NCBI GenBank assembly: GCA_030428255.1
Contig: JAUIBT010000008.1
Coordinates: 26,794 to 90,793, forward strand
DNA length: 64,000 bases
DNA from: Alphaproteobacteria bacterium
GTDB taxonomy: Bacteria > Pseudomonadota > Alphaproteobacteria > UBA7985 > JAUIBT01
Direction of reading: 5' to 3'
How positions within the stretch are numbered: position 1 is the stretch's first letter; every line of letters begins with the position of its first letter. Below, piece by piece: positions 46,967 through 54,771 of this stretch. The position numbers and the translations under genes were made by a program. The notes below the pieces were generated by a model. That model was given only the letters and a program-made list of their open reading frames with translations, did not search any database and was not told where the DNA came from.

Positions 46967-48733
46967 TTAGCGCACCTCGACCAAGAACAGCATCTCACCG
47001 AAGCCATCGACGCGGCGCAAGTTTGCCAACAGGGTCTCGGTGACCTCGCTCGGTTGGTACTGATAGGGTTCGTTATTCTCGTCCAGTTGCAGATTGAAGG
47101 CCTTCTGCCAAGCGGTCAGCGCCTCGGGCGACCAGCTTGCATGGGTGACGCATTGAACGAAGAAGTCATATTCGCCGCTTTGGCCGATCTGGCCGACGGC
47201 GAAATCGAAGGCCGCCGCCTGACCGGGGTAGAACAGCTCGCCGGGGGTGCCGTCTTTGCCCTTCAGAGCCATTGGCGCTTCGCTGAGCAAGAAAGACTCG
47301 TTGCTGTCATCGTTGGCCAGGCAAAGCGCGGCTTGCGGCTGTTCGGACTCGTTGAGCAACGTGAAGCGCAGCGTATCGCCCCAGCGCAGCTTGACCACAT
47401 CGCTGGCTCCTTTGACTGGTGACGGGTTGCGCAAGGCTATGATTTGGCTGAGGTCTTGCGGCGAGGCTTGGTCATCGCTCTTGCTCAGTGGATCAAGGCC
47501 CAACTCCAACTCGCGTTTGTCGGTCATGCCGCCGTTGTCGCTGTCGGCCAGCAGGGGATCGGTTTGGAACAGCTTGATTTCATCGCCGTCGTTCAGGCCG
47601 TCGCCGTCGCTATCGGCGGTATTGGGATCAGTGCCGTGCTGGCGCTCCTCTTTGTCGAACAAGCCGTCTTCATCGCTGTCGCGAGGGTTGGCGGTCAAAT
47701 CACACTTGAAGGCCTTCACACGGGTGGCCGCGGTCGAGATCAGTTCGACCACGCCATCTTTGACCAGCGTGTACTTGGTGGCATAGATCACCTCGCCTTC
47801 AGGGCTGGGGGTGTTGCCATCGCTGCTGGCATCGACTTGGATGTGCAGATGTAAGGGCACCGTTTCAGAGCGGCTAACGCCCAGGCTGTGCTCGGTCTGA
47901 AGGGTGCTGACCAGGGTGTTGCGGAAGCTTTGGCCGCAGGAGCCGCGAACGTTGCTCAGGATTTCGCCGCTAAAATTCTCAACCGGGGCAATATAGACGA
48001 TCTGATCCTGCTGGGCGCGAATGAGCTGGGCCAGTAGGCGCGCCTGGCTGGCGGCGTAGTCACGCAACCAGGGTTCGTCGATGCGCACCTGGTATTGGCC
48101 GACCACCTCAAGACACAGGAGGCCGCGATCATAGAGCTCAATCTTGATGTCGGCACGATTGCGCGCTGAGCTTAGAACCTCGATCTTCGCCATCACGCCA
48201 AAGGCCGCTTCAATCTGCTTGATAATCCGTCGGCCTTCTTCAGCGGTGGCCCCGCGCACGCTGACCAGAGAGGCAACATCACCACCTTCGCTCAGCGAGG
48301 CGAGGGGCAAATAGGCCTTGGTCACCGAGTCCTGCACAATCGATTTCACCCGGTCGAGCTGAAAGCTGGAAAGATCAGATGTGGCGCGGCTGAGGGCGAT
48401 GGGGTTGAGAACCGCCACCTGATAGTCACGGTCAATGCAGCTTGGTTTTTGCAGCATGCGCACAAAGGCAAAGGCAACATCGGCGGCGATGCGTTGGGAA
48501 AGGTCAAATTGCGGGCCCGCGCCAGGTCGCGCGGCGCGTTGTCCGGGGACCACTTGCGGTACAGGTTGACCAGCGCCAGGCTGCAAGATCTGGGCCTGGC
48601 TGGGGCCAGCCATCGAAGCGCCGCCGCCAATCGCCAGCAAGCAGGCTAGTGCGAGCAGCCTTGGGCGTGCTGCGGCGGTGGCTCGAGCGAGCAAGGCGGG
48701 AGGCAGGGCTGATAACTTTGAAGAAAGGCGCAT
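46967..48733 (-). CDS. Secreted protein with TSP3-like Ca-binding repeats and a C-terminal DUF4384-like domain
   Basis: Signal-like LLALACLLAIGGGASMA; DSDEDGLFDKEE, DSDGDGLNDGDE, DSDNGGMTDKRE each followed by a G/QxDP motif; LRWGDTLRFTL...LFYP...GEYDFFV resembles DUF4384. Confidence 0.7.
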   Translation of the reverse strand: MRLSSKLSALPPALLARATAAARPRLLALACLLAIGGGASMAGPSQAQILQPGAGQPVPQVVPGQRAARPGAGPQFDLSQRIAADVAFAFVRMLQKPSCIDRDYQVAVLNPIALSRATSDLSSFQLDRVKSIVQDSVTKAYLPLASLSEGGDVASLVSVRGATAEEGRRIIKQIEAAFGVMAKIEVLSSARNRADIKIELYDRGLLCLEVVGQYQVRIDEPWLRDYAASQARLLAQLIRAQQDQIVYIAPVENFSGEILSNVRGSCGQSFRNTLVSTLQTEHSLGVSRSETVPLHLHIQVDASSDGNTPSPEGEVIYATKYTLVKDGVVELISTAATRVKAFKCDLTANPRDSDEDGLFDKEERQHGTDPNTADSDGDGLNDGDEIKLFQTDPLLADSDNGGMTDKRELELGLDPLSKSDDQASPQDLSQIIALRNPSPVKGASDVVKLRWGDTLRFTLLNESEQPQAALCLANDDSNESFLLSEAPMALKGKDGTPGELFYPGQAAAFDFAVGQIGQSGEYDFFVQCVTHASWSPEALTAWQKAFNLQLDENNEPYQYQPSEVTETLLANLRRVDGFGEMLFLVEVR

Positions 48734-48848
48734 CTTGTGATCTGTTTTCGCTTATATGTGAGCCGACGCGCACAGGGCGCGAACGCGTTTTGAGGTCAGT
48801 GGAAACGCCAGGGGCGGGTTGCGGACAGGTCAAGCACGGACCAACGCC

Positions 48849-51413
48849 CTAATCACAACGCGCATTGGTGTCGATAATGCTCAAATATTTGCCATACGAG
48901 CAGCCCGAAGGCGTGGCGCGGCCCCACAAAGGCGTCTGGCAGCGTCCCTCTATGCAGGAAACACGATACCAGGAGCCTTCTTTGCCCGTGATTTCAACAA
49001 TGTCTCCACGATAGAGCTCGCCGACTTGCGAAAATCGCGTGCTGCAGCCATTCCGCACGGCCAGGAAGCCGCGCCCAGAGCTGTGGTTATAGCTGGATAT
49101 GGAAGCAATATTGGTGTTGACCCGCGCAATGGTGCAGCGCCGTTGGGTTTGTTCGGGTGGGCAGATTTGAAAGCCAGCATTGCGCTCAACTGACAAGACG
49201 GCGTTTGCGAGCTGCTTGGCCGAACTTGCGCTCAGATCTTGGCCTGTGACCTTAGAGAAGGTGCCCAGCGCCTTACGGGTCGCGCTGTTAAAGCTGCCGT
49301 CCAGGCTGCCGGCGTAGCAGGCGGTGTTGTAGAGCGCCAATTGCAGGCGGCGATAGGCTTGCTCTTTGCTGACGCAGATACCGTTGATGGTCACGCCTGA
49401 GCAGCTCAAGCTCTTAATCAGGCGCGCCGCTTCTTGAGAGACGCCCGGCACCTGTTCATAGCGCAAGGCGCAGCGCCGCAACATGGAGACTTGATTGGAT
49501 GACGAGGCCTTGGCTGCGTCCAAGCAGTCTTGCGCGGCCTGCCTGTCTTCGCGTTCGCAGGCCTGCTCACCGTATAGCTCGGCGCGGCGCAGTTCGGCGT
49601 CAATGTCGAGGAGTAGAGCGCCCGAATGACGACGCGCGCTCCACTCGGCTTGGAAATGTTCCCACTCTTGGCAGGAGCCAGTCGAGCGAAGTAGGGCAAG
49701 CTCTGAGAGAAATGTTTCCTGCATGACCTGCTGTTCAACCTCGCAAATCGCGTGGCGCTTGGCCTGATAGGGGCTCATGTCGTCGGGGGCTTTGGGGTGG
49801 TTTTGCCATTGGCCCAAGAAGGCATCCCAGTCCCGACAGGTCGAAGGATTAGGCATGAGGTCGAGTGCCGCCAGGAAGGCCGGTGAGGGTTGGTTTGGAT
49901 CGACTTCAGGCGTCGCGATGGTGTCCGGGGTGGTGCCCTGGGCTGGGTCGGGCGTGCTGGTTTGGCCGTCGGCGCTGTTGGTGGCGCCATCGCCGGTCGT
50001 CGCTAGATCGCTGCCGGGCGTTGGGCAAGTGCCGTCCAAAAGGCACTGACAAGAGGCTCCCGCCGCGTCGTTGCTATCGACGCAGGCTTGGACGGAGGCC
50101 TTTTGCGGGCAGCACTCACAGCGATTGAGCAAGAAGCTCATGCGGGTCAGCGCGCCAGAGCGGACAAAACTTTGCAGCAAATCGCTCTCGACTTTACAGG
50201 CGCTGGCCCGCGCCGACAGCAGGTTGATTTGGGTTTGCAGGGCTGCGCGTTGCTGCTCTTCTTCGCAGAACTCGCAGGTTAATGAGAAGCCGCGCAGCAG
50301 CTCCAAGGTCTCGGTGATGGTCTGCGGGTCGCTCGACGCCAAGGCTGTGTTGGCGGCGGCCATCAGCTCGTCGTTACGAAAGGCCTCGATAAAGGCACGC
50401 TCCTGATTGAGGCTGTAGCTGGGGTAGACCTCGCCGTCATAGCGGATCACCACCTCGTCGTCGTTCATACCGGTAAAGCTTGGGCGTTGTTGAAAGGCCG
50501 AGGTTTGGCCGCTGGCGGCCAGGCGTGCGAGGCGTTTGGCGATGGTTGCGGTGACGCTGGAGCGCATCTCGGCCGCGGTGATCTGGAAATCGCCGTTGGC
50601 ATCGGCCTTGCCGTCGTGCAATGCGGACATCAGCGCGTCGGTGAAGATGCCGCGCTGAAACTCGGTGTCCCAGACGGCAAAATCGGTATCGGGTGAGGTG
50701 GCGGCCCACAGGCGAATATCGGGCAATTCAACCGCCGCAGCCCGGCCCAAGGGCGGCGCGGAGACACCGCGCACCAGGCCGCCGGACTGCTGACCGTCGG
50801 CGCTGGGGTTCAGACCTGAGAAGCAGGATTCCAGCACCAGCGTAATACGACCGGTCTTCAGGCGACGGGCTTGCAATGTACGCAAGGCCGCCTCAAGGTC
50901 ACTCAGGCTAAGCGCTTGATCTGCCAGAAATTTTTGATCCGGATTGGCGTCAGTGGGCAGCAGGTAATTTTGAGTAAGGCTCGGGTCTTGCGGCGAATCG
51001 TGGGTGCCGTGTCCAACGTAGTAAATATAAAGATCGGTGTCTTGGGTCAGCACGAAATTGGCCAAGCTGCCGAGCCTCTGGCTGTCGCCAATCAGCTCTC
51101 GCATGCGGTTGGTGCCCAAATTATCGAAGCGGTGGACTTGGGCGCCCAGCACCTCGCTGGCGAACAGTGCGAAGGCGTTTGCGTCTTGGGTCGCGTAGGC
51201 GATGTCATCGGTTTGCAAGTAGTCCTGGTTGGCGATGATCAGGGCCACGGTCTGGCTGTAGGATTTGGGGCCGGTTGCTGGCGTTTCATCGCCGCGCGCT
51301 GTGCCAGCAAAGCCGCCAATCACCAAGACGATCCACAATCCGACGGCCACCAGTGCGCGCCGCGCCGGGTACTTTGAGAGGTAGGAGCAAGATGGGGCGA
51401 TGGCGCGTGTCAT
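48849..51413 (-). CDS. Secreted caspase-family (peptidase C14) protein with peptidoglycan-binding-like and SH3b-like C-terminal domains
   Basis: Signal/TM; ALIIANQDY, YYVGHG, YLLPTDA, LESCFSG, GIFTDAL; LQLAL..ACYAGSLDG.F...TRKAL; LAVRNGCST.F..VGEL..GD.V.ITG.EGSWYRV. Confidence 0.85.
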   Translation of the reverse strand: MTRAIAPSCSYLSKYPARRALVAVGLWIVLVIGGFAGTARGDETPATGPKSYSQTVALIIANQDYLQTDDIAYATQDANAFALFASEVLGAQVHRFDNLGTNRMRELIGDSQRLGSLANFVLTQDTDLYIYYVGHGTHDSPQDPSLTQNYLLPTDANPDQKFLADQALSLSDLEAALRTLQARRLKTGRITLVLESCFSGLNPSADGQQSGGLVRGVSAPPLGRAAAVELPDIRLWAATSPDTDFAVWDTEFQRGIFTDALMSALHDGKADANGDFQITAAEMRSSVTATIAKRLARLAASGQTSAFQQRPSFTGMNDDEVVIRYDGEVYPSYSLNQERAFIEAFRNDELMAAANTALASSDPQTITETLELLRGFSLTCEFCEEEQQRAALQTQINLLSARASACKVESDLLQSFVRSGALTRMSFLLNRCECCPQKASVQACVDSNDAAGASCQCLLDGTCPTPGSDLATTGDGATNSADGQTSTPDPAQGTTPDTIATPEVDPNQPSPAFLAALDLMPNPSTCRDWDAFLGQWQNHPKAPDDMSPYQAKRHAICEVEQQVMQETFLSELALLRSTGSCQEWEHFQAEWSARRHSGALLLDIDAELRRAELYGEQACEREDRQAAQDCLDAAKASSSNQVSMLRRCALRYEQVPGVSQEAARLIKSLSCSGVTINGICVSKEQAYRRLQLALYNTACYAGSLDGSFNSATRKALGTFSKVTGQDLSASSAKQLANAVLSVERNAGFQICPPEQTQRRCTIARVNTNIASISSYNHSSGRGFLAVRNGCSTRFSQVGELYRGDIVEITGKEGSWYRVSCIEGRCQTPLWGRATPSGCSYGKYLSIIDTNARCD

Positions 51414-51841
51414 TCAAAAGGCTTCTTTGGTCAGACGTGAGCGGTTGGGGCGAAGCTCAGCGTGTTGCGCGGTCCACGCAGGCACGAAACCGGGCTTGGC
51501 CCATGGATGGTGGAAACCTTTGGACCGGTTTCGGCCTGGTTCAGGAGCAGGTCCGGTTGCCGAGCTGGTTGGGCTTGTGTCATTCGAGCACTTTTGCCCC
51601 GGTCCTCACGCCCTCGTGAGTGCTTTGCTGGCCTTATGGCAGATTTGATCCAAATTTTTCCACGCTCGGGCTATAGTCTTACAACTGGAGACCAGGTGCA
51701 AGTCGCAGCTGGCCCAACACGTCGAGACGCCGGAGACCGGTGACGCGCAGCAGGACCAAGTCGGTCAGCCATCCGCGCGCAGGCACTAGATGCCACGAGA
51801 CCTTTCGGTGGACTTGCTGCGACGGAACAGAGGAAAGTAAC

Positions 51842-54592
51842 ATGGCAATCCAGACCACAGACGCTCCAGAGCGTTGGCTTCAACGCTCCCTGATTCTGGG
51901 CTCCCTGATTCTGGGCCTCCTGAACTTGCGTCTCTTGAATCTGCGATTCGGCGGTGTGCGCCTGATGATCCTTGCCGCCTTGGCCGGGCTCGCCAGCCTG
52001 TCTATGGCCAGTGCCGCTCACGCCCTGGGCAAGCCGGTGGTGGTGATCATTTCCAACAGCGACTATCAGCAAACCGACGATGTGGCCTACGCCGAGCGCG
52101 ATGCTCAGGCCTTTGCAGACTTTGCCAGCGACGTGCTGCAAGCACGCGTCGTTCAGTTATCGAACCTTGGCACCAACGCCATGAACGAGCTGTTTGGCGA
52201 TGGCCAGCGCCTGGGCTCCATTCGCAATTATATCACCACGCCCGATACCGACCTTTACGTCTATTACGCCGGCCACGGTACCCACGATGCGCCAGCACAG
52301 GGCCCAGCGCACAACTATTTGCTGCCCGTCGATGCCAACCCAGATCAATCCTTCTTGGCCCGCCAGGCCTATTCCGTTGAGGATCTGCGCGCCAGCTTGC
52401 AGCGCCTGCAGCAAGAGGCCATGCCCGATGGCCGCATTACGCTGGTCCTGGAATCCTGCTTCTCAGGTCTGAACCCCAGCGCGGATGGCAGCGCCAAAGG
52501 CTTGCTGCCCGGCGTGTCGGCACCGCCGCTTGGAAAGGCAGTTGATCTGGACCTACCGGACATTCGCCTTTGGGCCGCCACCTCTCCTGACACCGACTTT
52601 GCCGTCTGGGACGATCGCTTTGAGCGCGGGGTCTTCACCGACGCCCTGCTGTCAGCGCTCTATGGCGGCGCGGCTGACCGGGACAAAGATTTCCAAGTCA
52701 CCGCCCAGGAGATGCAGGCCTATGTCGCGCGCCGCATCAACCAGCAGGTCGCGAGCCTGACCCAGGCCGGGCTGGGTTTCCGCCAGCGCCCGACCTTCAG
52801 CGGTATGGCGGGTGATGAAGTGATTGTCACCTATCCCGCAGGCATCTACCCGACCTATGCCACCGACGAGCAGCGCCGCTATGAAGAAGATTTCGTAGCC
52901 TTCGAGCTGTTGGACAAGACCATGGGCGTCGTCGCGAGCGCTGACCCGCAAACCCTCAGCCAGTCGGTTGAGGAGGTGCGCGATTTCACCTCGACCTGCC
53001 AGTTCTGTCAGGACAATCAAAAGCTGTACCAGCGTATGAATGAGCTGCGCCAGCGCCTGCAAACCTGCCGCGCTGAGCAGCGCCTTTTGACTCGCATCGT
53101 TGAGCAGCAGCGCATGCAAAGTCTGCAACGCCTGGCCAGCCGCATGGAGTGCGGCTATGGCGCGACAGCCATTCAGGCTTGCGTATCAACCGGTGACTTT
53201 ACCTCAAGCGCCTGCCAGTGCTTGAGCGATGAGGACTGCGTGGCTCAATCCGAAGACCTAACCCCTCGCTGTGACGCGGCGCTGGCCAAAATTGGTGACC
53301 AACCGCTGGGCCAGCAAGGCGCGCTCTACGCCAGCTTTACTCAAGACAACCCGGACTGCGCCATTATCGACAGCAAGGCTAAGACCGCTCTGGCTGCTTA
53401 CTGCCAAGATCAAGCCAGCGCGGCTGGCGTCGGCCAGCAAACGGCGAGCCTGTCGGAGTTGACCGGCTTTGTCATCGCCCACCCCTATTGTCAGCGCGCC
53501 GTCGATCAGGCAGAGCAGCAAATCGCCGCTTTGGAGGTTGATGTTGCCAATCAGGCCTGCGAGCAGGCCTTTCAGGCCGCTGCGGATATGCAAGACCCAC
53601 AGCTCTTGACCAGCTTTATCCAAGCTATGCCCGAATGTACGCAGCAAGTCACACAGGCCGAAAACCTGCTGTCTGATCTGCAAGAACGAGTGGGCCAGTG
53701 CCAGCAGGCCTATTTCCAAGCCAGCGCCGCCGATGATTTGGAAAGCCTTGAGAGTTTCGCGCGCGACTACAGCGTTTGCGAGATCGAATTGGGCTTGGCA
53801 GAACAACGGATCGGTGAATTGCGGCAAGAACAGCAGCACATCCAAGAGGCCAGCGCCTGCATGGCCATCGCCGAAGAGCGCTTGCCGGTCAATACCGAAG
53901 AAGGTTTGGCTGTTCTCGAAGAGTGTTCGGTGGTGTTCGCCGATGTCGAAGGCATCACAGACCGCGCAGAACAACTGCGCTTGGATTATGCCAATCGCTG
54001 CGATCAGATCGACCTGGGCACCGACTGTTTGAGCCCGCACGAGGCCTACCTATCAGTGCAGAGTCAGCTCAAGCTTGCGGGCTGCTATACTGGCGGGCTG
54101 GACGGTGATTTCGGTCCCAAGTCGCGCGCGGCACTGGCGGCCTATAACAAGGCGACCGGCAGCAGCCTGCGTGTCGATAGCGAAGCGGGATTGATCGACG
54201 CCATCCACTGGCTGGCCTCTGTCTCTGGCCGGGTCTGCACCCGCCAGGCGCATTTGGACTACACCCGCCGCAAGGACATCGACCTGTCACGTCATGCCAA
54301 CGATATGTACAAAGATGGCCTGCGCCTGAGCGTATCCGAGTGTGCCGAACAGTGCAATGCGCTCAGCGGTTGCGTTGGCTTTGCCTACGTTACCAAGAAG
54401 AGCACCAAGTACGCCCGCTGTTGGCCCAAGTCGGATTTCGGCAACCGTTACAAAATCTCGGTCGTGGATTTCTATATCAAGCCGGGCGTCAAGGACACCA
54501 GCGTGTGGCCTAAGGCCAGCTCGCCTAAGATCAAGGGCACCTTCAATCTTGGCACCGGTAAGGGCACCATCACCTTTGGGACCAAGAACTAG
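51842..54592 (+). CDS. Secreted caspase-family (peptidase C14) protein with peptidoglycan-binding-like and PAN/Apple-like C-terminal domains
   Basis: GAGGA RBS; signal ...LAALAGLASLSMASAAHA; YYAGHG, LESCFSG, GVFTDAL; VQSQLKLAGCYTGGLDGDFGPKSRAAL; ECAEQC...GCVGFAY...RCWPK. Confidence 0.85.
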   Translation: MAIQTTDAPERWLQRSLILGSLILGLLNLRLLNLRFGGVRLMILAALAGLASLSMASAAHALGKPVVVIISNSDYQQTDDVAYAERDAQAFADFASDVLQARVVQLSNLGTNAMNELFGDGQRLGSIRNYITTPDTDLYVYYAGHGTHDAPAQGPAHNYLLPVDANPDQSFLARQAYSVEDLRASLQRLQQEAMPDGRITLVLESCFSGLNPSADGSAKGLLPGVSAPPLGKAVDLDLPDIRLWAATSPDTDFAVWDDRFERGVFTDALLSALYGGAADRDKDFQVTAQEMQAYVARRINQQVASLTQAGLGFRQRPTFSGMAGDEVIVTYPAGIYPTYATDEQRRYEEDFVAFELLDKTMGVVASADPQTLSQSVEEVRDFTSTCQFCQDNQKLYQRMNELRQRLQTCRAEQRLLTRIVEQQRMQSLQRLASRMECGYGATAIQACVSTGDFTSSACQCLSDEDCVAQSEDLTPRCDAALAKIGDQPLGQQGALYASFTQDNPDCAIIDSKAKTALAAYCQDQASAAGVGQQTASLSELTGFVIAHPYCQRAVDQAEQQIAALEVDVANQACEQAFQAAADMQDPQLLTSFIQAMPECTQQVTQAENLLSDLQERVGQCQQAYFQASAADDLESLESFARDYSVCEIELGLAEQRIGELRQEQQHIQEASACMAIAEERLPVNTEEGLAVLEECSVVFADVEGITDRAEQLRLDYANRCDQIDLGTDCLSPHEAYLSVQSQLKLAGCYTGGLDGDFGPKSRAALAAYNKATGSSLRVDSEAGLIDAIHWLASVSGRVCTRQAHLDYTRRKDIDLSRHANDMYKDGLRLSVSECAEQCNALSGCVGFAYVTKKSTKYARCWPKSDFGNRYKISVVDFYIKPGVKDTSVWPKASSPKIKGTFNLGTGKGTITFGTKN
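51886..51945 (+). repeat. 15-bp in-frame tandem repeat (4 copies, progressively diverged) in the caspase N-terminus
   Basis: CTCCCTGATTCTGGG x2, CCTCCTGAACTTGCG, TCTCTTGAATCTGCG. Confidence 0.8.
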
Positions 54593-54771
54593 CCGCGCGT
54601 CGGTCCTTCCGCTCCCTGGTTTTTCACTCTTGGGCCTTTGCGCTGATCGCGACCCCAAGTGTCTGTCCTTGAGCAAGACCCAGCTACGAAGCTGAGGCAA
54701 GCTCTGCCAAACAACACCGGATCGCAGGTCGTGCCGCTGGGCAGGGCCTGCCGGTTCTCAGGGAGGCAGGC

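Noticed and set aside
46029-47007. Alternative-frame Arg/Gly/Pro-rich ORFs near the DHOR 5' end
   Set aside because: By-products of the GC-rich Pro-linker coding sequence
43077-54592. Caspase-gasdermin or CHAT/CRISPR-type anti-phage system, or a mobile island
   Set aside because: No gasdermin, NLR/STAND, TIR or cas gene was recognised; the proteins look exported; no integrase, transposase, tRNA or flanking direct repeats were seen
54660-54771. Guanidine-II (mini-ykkC) riboswitch upstream of dddP (CAGCT-ACGA-AGCTG hairpin)
   Set aside because: Only one ACGR-loop hairpin is present where two are required, and the gene context does not fit
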